Source of the DNA: Candidatus Micrarchaeia archaeon
GTDB lineage: Archaea; Micrarchaeota; Micrarchaeia; Micrarchaeales; Micrarchaeaceae
Reading direction: 5' to 3'
Assembly: GCA_049964795.1 (NCBI GenBank)
Contig: JBMFWY010000007.1
Span: 1-42,515 of the forward strand
DNA length: 42,515 nt
Position numbers and translations under genes: made by a program. A model generated the notes under the pieces. That model was not told where the DNA came from. It did no database searches and saw only the letters and a list, made by a program, of their open reading frames with translations. Positions 19,275 to 27,787 of the stretch are shown one piece after another (the first letter of the stretch is position 1; each line of letters opens with the position of its first letter).

Positions 19275-20327
19275 TTGAAAAATGAAAAAGTGTTTTGGAT
19301 GCTGCTTTTGTTAATTCCATTGCTGTTGCTCGCATTTAATCTCTCGCTTTTGCTTGTATTCTCCTATTTTGCATTCAAAAGAGGCGCGAAGGATCTTATT
19401 GCCGCGATTGTTCCCGCAGCGCTGGTCGTTGCCTCAGGCTTTGCCCTGCAGTCTCCAGCATATTCAGTAATTGTTGCTGCTTCTTTTGCCGCAATATTCT
19501 CTGAGCTTGCAATCCAATATGCCAATTCATCGCGCTTCTTCGCACCAATTTTTCTTGTGGCAGTGCTTGAACTGTTCCTTCTTTGGCTTTATTACGGATT
19601 TGCGCCCATATACCTATTTGCAATCGGCTTTTCACTTGGAACTTCTTCAGGGCTAGAATACTTCCAAAGCCTTGTCAAGAACCAAAACATGCGCAGCACA
19701 AGCAGAGTAGAGATATCGCGCGATTTCTTTCAAATCTTTCTCGGAGCAGTAGTTATAGCTGTAGTCCTGTTCTTCAATGAAATAGGCGCCGCCGCAATCG
19801 CCTTGCTTGGAATTGTTGCCTACATGGCACTACGCCTCCTTTCTTCATGTTCCTCAAAATCTTCACACTATTCAAAAGCGAAACGCAAAAGCGCAATTCG
19901 GAGCAGTGGAAGCAGGAGGATCCTTGAAATGCTGCTAAGCTTTGAAAGGGAAGGCACAGTTTTTGGCCTGAGTGCGCTATACCTGCTTTCAGGATATATG
20001 CTCCTATTCGGAGCGGTGCACGAAATCGCATTCCTCCTATTCGGAATCGCCGTGCTTACCCTTTCAGATTCCGCCGCCACCATTGTAGGCAGAAGCGCTA
20101 AAAGAAGGCATCCTTTGCCTTATAACCATTCAAAAAGCGCAGAGGGCTCGAGCGCATTTTTTATAGTATCCTTTGCATTAGGCATTATATTATTGGGAAA
20201 TGTCTTGTTTGCCTTGCTTGCATCAGTGCTTCTCGCATTCCTTGAAAGCGCGCCATTGCGCCTTGATGATAACATACTCATTGCATCTGCAATAGCCGCC
20301 TTTTATCTTCTGTTCCTACTCCTTTGA
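19275..20327 (+). CDS. Dolichol/phytol kinase-like CTP-dependent membrane protein (SEC59/CTP_transf_1 superfamily)
   Basis: E..R...QI, SDSAATIVG, KSAEGS, LDDN motifs. Confidence 0.8.
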   Translation: MKNEKVFWMLLLLIPLLLLAFNLSLLLVFSYFAFKRGAKDLIAAIVPAALVVASGFALQSPAYSVIVAASFAAIFSELAIQYANSSRFFAPIFLVAVLELFLLWLYYGFAPIYLFAIGFSLGTSSGLEYFQSLVKNQNMRSTSRVEISRDFFQIFLGAVVIAVVLFFNEIGAAAIALLGIVAYMALRLLSSCSSKSSHYSKAKRKSAIRSSGSRRILEMLLSFEREGTVFGLSALYLLSGYMLLFGAVHEIAFLLFGIAVLTLSDSAATIVGRSAKRRHPLPYNHSKSAEGSSAFFIVSFALGIILLGNVLFALLASVLLAFLESAPLRLDDNILIASAIAAFYLLFLLL

Positions 20328-20348
20328 GCCTGCAACGCTTCTGCCTTC

Positions 20349-21242
20349 TCAAAGCTTTATCCCGGAGAGCCCCATAAGCTTTTTTACTTCGTTTAAGTTC
20401 CTTGCATCGTCTCCTTCGCTTTGATATGGTGTCTCCAGTATAAAATTGCCATGGTTGAAAGCCTTGTTTTCAAAGAAGTTGATAAAGCCTTTTTCTCCTA
20501 TGTACCCTTTGCCTATATGCCAATGCCTGTCAAGGCCGCTTCCAAGAGGATATTTTGCATCGTTGAGATGGATAAGCTTTAGCTTTTCCAAGCCAATGTA
20601 ATCATTTATCTCCGAAGCGAGCTTTTCTATGCTCTCTTTGCTCCCAAAATCATAGCCAGCGGCAAATGCATGGCATGTATCAAGGCACACGCCAACTTTT
20701 CCTCTGCCAAGCAAGTCCAATACCTTACCTATCTCAGCAAAATCTGACCCCATGCTGTTAGTATAGCCCGCAGAATTTTCAAGAAGGAGCTCTACGTCCT
20801 TAACCTTGTCAAGCGCATAGCCAAGCGTACCCACTATCATACTTATGCCTCTCTCCTTTCCTTCCCCTTTGTGCGAACCCATATGCACTACCATGTGCTT
20901 TACCCCAGCTCCACTACATATTTCCATATCTTCTATTAGCATATTCTTGCTTTTTTCAAGCACTGCCTTGTCTGGCGAAGCAGGGTTGCATAGATAGGGC
21001 ACATGCGCAAAAGCCTCAAGGCCGTTTTCCTTTACAAGCTTCCTGAATTTTTCCCCTTCCTCTATGCTCGCTTTTGCAACAGACCAGCTTCTGGAGCTCG
21101 AAGGGAAAAACTGGAATGCGGAATAGCCTTTTTCCACAGCAGCGCGCGGCGCGTTAGATATACCCCCAGCTATAGATACATGAAAGCCTATCTTAACAGT
21201 ATGCTGCATATATACTACCTTTCGCATCGTTGAATTTTGCAT
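20349..21242 (-). CDS. nfo: Endonuclease IV (AP endonuclease 2)
   Basis: GFHVSIAGG, H.PYL.N, VHMGSH, LENSAG, DTCH, HLND, DRH, ETP; true start may be slightly downstream. Confidence 0.95.
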   Translation of the reverse strand: MQNSTMRKVVYMQHTVKIGFHVSIAGGISNAPRAAVEKGYSAFQFFPSSSRSWSVAKASIEEGEKFRKLVKENGLEAFAHVPYLCNPASPDKAVLEKSKNMLIEDMEICSGAGVKHMVVHMGSHKGEGKERGISMIVGTLGYALDKVKDVELLLENSAGYTNSMGSDFAEIGKVLDLLGRGKVGVCLDTCHAFAAGYDFGSKESIEKLASEINDYIGLEKLKLIHLNDAKYPLGSGLDRHWHIGKGYIGEKGFINFFENKAFNHGNFILETPYQSEGDDARNLNEVKKLMGLSGIKL

Positions 21243-21359
21243 TTTTAAATTTAAACTTGAATAAGAATGCCACTACTCCTTTCTTAAAAGCTCTATTTAA
21301 AAAGGTTGCTTTGCAATATACTTCCGCTCATTTATCAAGCTTGCAGTGGGGGTTGTCGG

Positions 21360-21683
21360 ATGTCAAAAAAAAGGTGCTTCAGTCTTTACGATATAGAGGA
21401 ATATCTCAAGGAAGTCGGCGCTGAAAAAGTAAGCGAAAAAGCCGTAGTCGGATTCGAAGCCGAGCTTGAAGAGACAGTCAAGGAGCTCTTAGGCGAAGCC
21501 GAATTTTATGCCAATTATGCCGGCAGGAAGAAACTCATAACCAATTCCGATCTTGCGCTTGCTGCAAGCTCTATTGTTGGCAATGCAAGCATAGCCGACA
21601 TTCACCATAAAAAAGCTTTCGCAAAGAAAATAGTTGCAAAACGCAGCACACCGCATAGCAGCAAAATGCATTCAAGCTTATAA
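21360..21683 (+). CDS. Divergent archaeal histone-fold protein with basic C-terminal tail
   Basis: LKEVGAEKVSEKA...A.YAGRKKLITNSD.ALA aligns with the HMf fold; about 38 extra C-terminal residues; G-rich RBS-like sequence before ATG 21360. Confidence 0.8.
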   Translation: MSKKRCFSLYDIEEYLKEVGAEKVSEKAVVGFEAELEETVKELLGEAEFYANYAGRKKLITNSDLALAASSIVGNASIADIHHKKAFAKKIVAKRSTPHSSKMHSSL

Positions 21684-21943
21684 TATATTTTGAGTTTGTG
21701 AAGCAAAGAAATACATCGAATTGCATCTCACCTATGCGCTTATCTTCTTATGCTTTTTCTACCTGTTACACCTATTGTTATAGCCCCTACATTAATTTTG
21801 TTAGTTAGAACAAATTAGCTAAAAACAAGAAACATATATAGGTATAGCTTTATTTATTTTTCATGCATATCAAGTGAGCAAGCAGCATTCCAGCAAATCT
21901 GTAATGCTCAAACGACAACCCACGATGAGAAATAGATGTAGAT

Positions 21944-22017
21944 GCCCTTGTAGTATAACTTGGATAGAACGCGGGCTTGCGGAGCCTGTGATCCGGGTTC
22001 AAATCCCGGCAAGGGCG
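21944..22017 (+). tRNA. tRNA-Arg(GCG)
   Basis: Acceptor GCCCTTG/CAAGGGC, anticodon arm CGGGC-TTGCGGA-GCCTG, T arm CCGGG-TTCAAAT-CCCGG; no encoded CCA. Confidence 0.95.
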
Positions 22018-22069
22018 TTGTTTGGCTTACTGCTAAAACCTTTCCCTTCTGGCCGCTTTTATTATCGGC

Positions 22070-23110
22070 TTACAGCAGCGCAAATACCTTCATTATGAAC
22101 GCCAGAACAATGAATCCTATTTCTACAAACCACATGTAGAGTGAAACCTCCCATTCTTTGCATTTCTTTATGTTCATGAAAACATGGGTCCAGCTGTATA
22201 TCTTCCTGCCGTAAGGCGCTTCAAAGGTGCCGTCAGGCATTAGCTTGCCCATGTCCCTCGTCTTGAACTTCCTACGTGCGTGTAGCAGGAATTCGATTAT
22301 CCATGGCATGAATATGAGGATACCGAAAGATTCCATGTTGCCTAATATCATGTCTGCTATTATAGCTGCACCGAAGAAGTAGGTGAAGCTGTCGCCTGGA
22401 ATCATCTTTGAAGGATAAATATTGAATGGAGTGAAGGCGAGCATTGATGCAAGGAATATGGCTGATATTAGAACTCCTGTATAGGTTCCAAAAATCAGAC
22501 TATATATAAGCATAGCGAATACCGCGATGGTTCCTGTGCCCGTGGCTATTCCGTCAAATCCCCCGAGGAGGTTGAAGGCGTTTGCACCAAACATTATAGA
22601 AAGTGGGACTATCACAAGTGGGTAGTATATTGACAAGGCCAGATTTCCAATGATTGGTATGCGTACTGTTGATACGCCTGCGTTTATAGCCATTAGCGGT
22701 ATCGCGCCCATGAATGTCAGTACTGGCTTCTGCCACTGCTTTAAGCCTGCCCAAGACCCCTCCTTCTCATTTGTCGTTGCCTTTGTGACTCTAAGGTTTA
22801 TGTCATCAATAAAACCTACTATTGCTATAAGAGTTATTGCAGTGATTATGCCGAACAGATCTTCCATCGATGCGACAGGAGCATACAGGTTGAAGCTGCT
22901 TCCGAAAACGTATGTAAGCAGTCCTACTGTGAAGCCGAAGACTGTGGCAAATCCAAGGCCTGTGGGGAGTACCAGCTTGCTGTGCTTGTTATGATCCTGC
23001 AGCGTGATGCCTGAACTTCTCATGTAGTGCATAAGGAAAACAGTACCTGCGAGAGTGACCAAGAATGCAACAATCGAAGGCACTAGTATGGTGAGATATG
23101 TATGAAACAT
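22070..23110 (-). CDS. Glycosyltransferase family 4 (UDP-GlcNAc:polyprenyl-phosphate GlcNAc-1-P transferase, AglH/GPT-like)
   Basis: GFIDD, NAFNLLGGFDG, FN.YPSK..PGD motifs; about 10 TM helices. Confidence 0.9.
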   Translation of the reverse strand: MFHTYLTILVPSIVAFLVTLAGTVFLMHYMRSSGITLQDHNKHSKLVLPTGLGFATVFGFTVGLLTYVFGSSFNLYAPVASMEDLFGIITAITLIAIVGFIDDINLRVTKATTNEKEGSWAGLKQWQKPVLTFMGAIPLMAINAGVSTVRIPIIGNLALSIYYPLVIVPLSIMFGANAFNLLGGFDGIATGTGTIAVFAMLIYSLIFGTYTGVLISAIFLASMLAFTPFNIYPSKMIPGDSFTYFFGAAIIADMILGNMESFGILIFMPWIIEFLLHARRKFKTRDMGKLMPDGTFEAPYGRKIYSWTHVFMNIKKCKEWEVSLYMWFVEIGFIVLAFIMKVFALL

Positions 23111-23268
23111 AAGCTACCCCTTTATAGATAAACGTATATTGAAAGTCAGATTATAAATCTTTTGTTTTGCTGCGCAAATGCCTAATGCTGTCGAGCTTGT
23201 ATTTTGCGAGTGTTTGGCACAATATTTAAAACGCAAGTCAGCAAACTTTTATTGATTGTCTAATGTCT

Positions 23269-23342
23269 GCCCTTGTAGTATAACTTGGATAGAACGCGGG
23301 CTTCCGGAGCCTGTGATCCGGGTTCAAATCCCGGCAGGGGCG
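23269..23342 (+). tRNA. tRNA-Arg(CCG)
   Basis: Same cloverleaf as tRNA-Arg(GCG) with anticodon loop TTCCGGA; 72/74 nt identical to it. Confidence 0.95.
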
Positions 23343-24791
23343 CTTATCATGAAGTTAAACGCCCACACCATTACCTTTAAATACTTTTTGCATTAATTAT
23401 TCGGCAACCTCGTATAAGTATAATCTATAAATATCTGAAAATGCAGAAAATACGATAATAAATGACGAATATAGTGTAAGTATGGAAATAACGAATAATT
23501 TTTTGGGTAGGGATAAAGAGGTGGTACCAGGCATTGGTGAATCGTGGCACGTCCTTAATGATTATGGTTCTGCAGGGGTCAGAATAAGAGCAACTGAAGA
23601 GCAATATAATCAGATAGAGGGTACTATAAAAGAAAAGGTAACCGATCCTGAGTTAAAAAAATTGGTAAGCAAAGTAAGGATAATTTATGATACGCATGGT
23701 TACACAGAGTTGTCAATTCAGGGATATCCTAGAGATGAAGACCGTTTAGTGGTAGAACTGTTAAATTCGTTATCTAAGATTGTTTATACGAGCATATATA
23801 ATAATACTTCAGATGCACCTGTTGTTTGTGAAGCCGATGGAAGAATAGATCTTTTTGATACTCTTAGATCTAAAGAAACAGATGAAATGTATTCTGATAA
23901 AAGCGTGATACCGGTTATGCAGGGCCATTACGCTGAGCTAACTTCAGAAACTAATTTCGAAAGAATGGAAACATGGGGTATTGGATCGTGCGTAGGCCTT
24001 GTCCTAATTGACAACGACAAAAAGATATTAGCGCATGTAGACTACCCAAAGAGGCTTACATCTCTAGAATATGAAGGGCATTTTAAGAAAGCGGTTGTAG
24101 TACTTTCTCTTCAGAGCTTTAAGGAGACTGTTGAAGCAGTAATTAAATTCGCTAGGGAACACGCAGACACTGTTGAAGTCCAAACGCAGCAGAGCTATTC
24201 CGCCAAGATAGGTGTTGATGCTCTTGGAAGAGTCTACGTACCTGACAAGTTAATCAAAGGTGTTCTGCCAGAAGAAATACCTGCAGAGGTTTTAAATCTT
24301 TGGTTTATGAATGATGCGATTTCAGGAGCATCATTACATAAAATGCCACTTCCTACGAGCCCAGCAAATAAAATTAGGCACTAGTTGTAGCATTAGGTAT
24401 ATGGATTAAGCTAGGTCAAGCAAAAGCATACACCTTGGGGATGCACGTCCATAAATTGGCCACATACAGCATTACCACTATCAATATTAATACCTGAGAG
24501 AATTCCCTCAACTTCGTCGAGGGTATGATTTTGCAATAAATATACTTTTTCTCATCATATTCCTTCTAACGGCGAGTGGTCACGGTATCACGCGACCGGA
24601 TTTTCGCCGCCGAAGTGTAATCATGGCTAGTGGAGACTGTAAAAATAAAAATGTTGGTGAAAGGGAGTGGCAATACAACTGGCAGCATGTTGTATTCGTG
24701 ACGAACAAAAGGACAAATTACGTTTGTAAAGCTTCTCTACCTATTCAAAGCTGTGGGCGTCAGTCTCTGCGACGTCAGTCCGGCAAGGGCG
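23343..24791. mobile_element. Putative degenerate tRNA-anchored genomic islet
   Basis: Visibly AT-richer DNA directly after tRNA-Arg(CCG); orphan gene and IS relic; 12-nt copy of the tRNA 3' end (CCGGCAAGGGCG) at 24780-24791; no integrase. Confidence 0.45.
23482..24384 (+). CDS. Orphan protein with C-terminal CheD/CNF1-like Cys-His deamidase motif
   Basis: TWGIGSC170VGLVLID....LAH185VD resembles CheD T.LGSCV.....D......AH; N-terminal ~140 aa unrecognised. Confidence 0.6.
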   Translation: MEITNNFLGRDKEVVPGIGESWHVLNDYGSAGVRIRATEEQYNQIEGTIKEKVTDPELKKLVSKVRIIYDTHGYTELSIQGYPRDEDRLVVELLNSLSKIVYTSIYNNTSDAPVVCEADGRIDLFDTLRSKETDEMYSDKSVIPVMQGHYAELTSETNFERMETWGIGSCVGLVLIDNDKKILAHVDYPKRLTSLEYEGHFKKAVVVLSLQSFKETVEAVIKFAREHADTVEVQTQQSYSAKIGVDALGRVYVPDKLIKGVLPEEIPAEVLNLWFMNDAISGASLHKMPLPTSPANKIRH

Positions 24792-24823
24792 CTGAGAGCC
24801 TTATTAATTCGTGCTTGCCTTAA
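24505..24823 (+). pseudogene. IS200/IS605-family relic (end hairpin and truncated tnpA)
   Basis: Hairpin CCCTCAAC-TTC-GTCGAGGG at 24505-24523; second hairpin 24570-24609; ORF 24623 encodes YNWQHVVFVTNKR like the TnpA N-terminal H..F.TKYR motif, then degenerates with no HUH motif. Confidence 0.6.
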
Positions 24824-24859
24824 TACGTAGATTGCCTACATGTTTGCTTCATACCTTTG

Positions 24860-25384
24860 CTATTCATAAAACTTGCTTACGAACCTTGCTACAGCGCATG
24901 TTGTAGCATCCGTAAACTCCTTGCTCCTGTCATACATTCCGTTTGTAAGTATGCCATTTGTGCCAAGCTCGGTTCTAATCTCTTCCTTGCTATTTGAGGA
25001 GAGCTCTGACATAGCTTCTGCAAGCCCTTTGCCTGCACTCATGAGCTCCACTACTCTTTTCGGCAGCATAACTTGCGCGCTTGCGCCTATCCCTTTTGCC
25101 CCTGCTTTGTCAACTATCGCAACGTAGCCATAAACAAAAGTTCCATAGCTGTTTGTCGCTGTTATTCCTTCCGGTCCAACGCCTATGTCTGCACCCTCAA
25201 TTTCCATAGCTTTCAGCGCCCTGTTCAAGGCCCCATTTATGCCCTCTTCTTCGCTTTTTGGATCTTCGCTCACTCCAGATTCAACTTTTGTTGGTATAAA
25301 TTCCGCATCAGGGAATATCTTGCCAAGCACGCCTTTTATTGCGTCAACCTTAAGCTTATTCGTAGTGCCTATCGCTATTTTCAT
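24860..25384 (-). CDS. yjjX: Non-canonical purine NTP phosphatase (ITP/XTPase, DUF84)
   Basis: GTTN..K, SGVS..P...EE...GA.NRA, G.G.EG, G..GILT.G...R motifs. Confidence 0.9.
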   Translation of the reverse strand: MKIAIGTTNKLKVDAIKGVLGKIFPDAEFIPTKVESGVSEDPKSEEEGINGALNRALKAMEIEGADIGVGPEGITATNSYGTFVYGYVAIVDKAGAKGIGASAQVMLPKRVVELMSAGKGLAEAMSELSSNSKEEIRTELGTNGILTNGMYDRSKEFTDATTCAVARFVSKFYE

Positions 25385-25421
25385 TCAAAAACACCTTTAG
25401 AATAATCATCTGGAAAGCCCT

Positions 25422-26498
25422 TCATATGTTGGAACCGCTGAGTATTATTACGGTTTGCTCTTTTCCTATTGTGTTTCTTTTGCACAGCTTCTCGTAAGCT
25501 TCAAGCCCAGCTGCAGAAGCAAGCTCAACTTTAACCCCATATTCCTTGTATATTTCCTGCTGGCTTGACCTCATTTCCTTGTCGCTTACTGTTATAAATT
25601 CTCCTTTAGATAGCCTTGCCGCTTCTATTGCTTCGCTGCCGTATGTGGGAAACCCTACAGCTATCGCATCCGCAAAAGTCTTCGGCTTTTCATATTTTAT
25701 TTCAGTTGCATTTTTTGCGGCTTTGTACAATGGCGAGCATCCGCTTGCTTCTACGCCAAAGAGCCTTGGCATTGTGCTTATTAGGCCTGCAGCTTTCATT
25801 CTGGCGTAGGCTTTATAGAGCGCAGTAAATAGCGTTGCGTTTCCAACAGGCACTATTATATTTTTGGCGTCTCTTGCCTGCAAGAACAATTCATATGCAA
25901 TAGTAGACTGCCCTTCTTTCCTGTAGCAGTAGTCTCCGCCAAGAAAAGCATCATTTCTTTGCGCGTATCTTTCAGCTTCTTTTTGCGCAGCGGTGAAGTC
26001 TCCATTTATCAAGTGCAGCTCGGCATCATGGGTGCTTTTTATGTCGATGAGCTTGTCCCTATTGGCGCCTTTGCTTATGAAAACAGTAGCTTCTATCCCA
26101 TAAAGCTTTGCGTAATATGATATTGAGTACGCCATGTTGCCCGTAGAGGCGCAGGCAATCTTATCAAAGCCATATTCTTTTGCCTTTGCAACTTCTATCA
26201 CCGAACCTCTGTCCTTGAAAGAGTGCGTAGGATTGTCAAATTCGAACTTGAAAAATAGATTGTCATTATCGTTGCTCGGCACAATCTTTGTCATGCCTAC
26301 TGCAAAATGCTTATACTTGCCATTCGGAAGCAAAGGTTCAAAATCCCAAAAACTTTTTGCATATGTTAGCTTCCTTGCTTCTCCTTGCTTTTCGTGATAT
26401 ATCACTTCAAGTATGCCTCCGCATCTTTCGCATGTTTGCTTTTCGAAAGAAGAAGCGTATTCAATTCCGCATTGTTTGCATCTAAGCGCATAATTCAT
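25422..26498 (-). CDS. thrC: Threonine synthase-like PLP enzyme with N-terminal Zn ribbon
   Basis: CxxC...CxxC, NPTHSFKDRG, ASTGN, VPVGNA motifs; exact substrate not certain. Confidence 0.75.
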   Translation of the reverse strand: MNYALRCKQCGIEYASSFEKQTCERCGGILEVIYHEKQGEARKLTYAKSFWDFEPLLPNGKYKHFAVGMTKIVPSNDNDNLFFKFEFDNPTHSFKDRGSVIEVAKAKEYGFDKIACASTGNMAYSISYYAKLYGIEATVFISKGANRDKLIDIKSTHDAELHLINGDFTAAQKEAERYAQRNDAFLGGDYCYRKEGQSTIAYELFLQARDAKNIIVPVGNATLFTALYKAYARMKAAGLISTMPRLFGVEASGCSPLYKAAKNATEIKYEKPKTFADAIAVGFPTYGSEAIEAARLSKGEFITVSDKEMRSSQQEIYKEYGVKVELASAAGLEAYEKLCKRNTIGKEQTVIILSGSNI

Positions 26499-26574
26499 AG
26501 AGACACCTTATGCTTTTACAACACTTTATAAATCAGATCGGTTTTTATTGCCTTTTAATATTAAAATCACTTAT

Positions 26575-27468
26575 TTAGCAGCTGTTCTCTATTGTTATTG
26601 TCTGCGAATAAGAGCCATAAGGGTCTCCTCCTAGTTTTTTATGTTCTTCGGCGCTGACTTTGCCCCCGCTAAACGCCTTCATTACTTTTGTTTTTATCTC
26701 TTTTTCGCTGTCAAGAAGGAATATTGCATTTCCCTTGGATTTTGACATTTTGGGGTCTCCATCAAGCCCTGGCAGGAATCTCATGTGGAGCGTTGCCGCC
26801 TTGTTGAATCCAAACTTTGCAGCAACATCCCTTGATACCCTTATGTGCGCATCTTCGTCAGGGCCTATTGGCACAAGAACGTTTGGTATGCCAAACAGCT
26901 GCGGCAGGGCAATGTGGGAAGCCTGAACCGCAGGATAAAAATACAGCCCTACATTCTGGTCGGTTGTGTATCCATATACTGCATTTATCTCTGATAGTGT
27001 TATACCCCTAGAAAACTTTATTGCAAGATTGTATATCTGCGTATATACCTGATCTATTATGAAATGGGTCTTGCTAGGGTCAAATCCTATCGCAAGCAGC
27101 GATCTCGCAAGCCTTATTGCATTTCTGAATCCTTCCTGCTGCGTCTCTATCTTCCTTGACACGTAGCTTTCATCATCTGACAGCGGCACGAATATCCTTG
27201 TTCCGAATCTCTGCTGGAAGAAAAGGTTTGTTTCGAAAAGAGGCAGGTGACCCAAATGGAGCTGCGCGCTGGGATTCAAACCTGATACTATAGCAGACTT
27301 TTCTCCTTTATCTAGATTTTTCATGAAAATGTCGAAATCCCTATGCGAGTATATCGAGCCATTTTTGAAAGTGTAGAAATCCGGCAAATCCTTTATCTCG
27401 GAAAGCCTGTGTGCGCCGAACATTTCTACAAGCTTTTTGTTATCTTCGCTTACTCCTTCAATGGCCAT
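26575..27468 (-). pseudogene. trpS: C-terminally truncated tryptophanyl-tRNA synthetase
   Basis: HLGH and KMSKS motifs, AFSGG....EEHKKLGGDP, then similarity stops and the ORF ends 14 codons later; most of the anticodon-binding domain is missing. Confidence 0.75.
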
Positions 27469-27787
27469 CGCACCACATTTTTGATATTTTGCTTGCAGGC
27501 TTTGCTTTATAAATTATAGCCTTCAGCGTATGTTTTGAGTAATATTCGCCTTCGTTTGCCTGCTTTGAACTTTCAGGACATGGATTTATACCAAGATAGA
27601 TTATTTAAACTTGTGAGGGCTCTCCGCTTCTTGCCCTTCTTTTTGTACCTGTTCCTTACTCAGCGCAAAAGAATTTATAATTGAATTGCGCTATTGATAC
27701 TGCTATTGTGCATTTGCAAGAATCAAGGTTAGCTGCATATCAAAGAGCTGCCTTTGAGCCTTGCATACATTTCAAAAGGTGCTGTTT

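Noticed and set aside
21944-23342. The two tRNA-Arg genes as attL/attR of an element carrying the GPT gene
   Set aside because: Both are full-length with different anticodons, and the enclosed gene is a housekeeping gene with host-like composition
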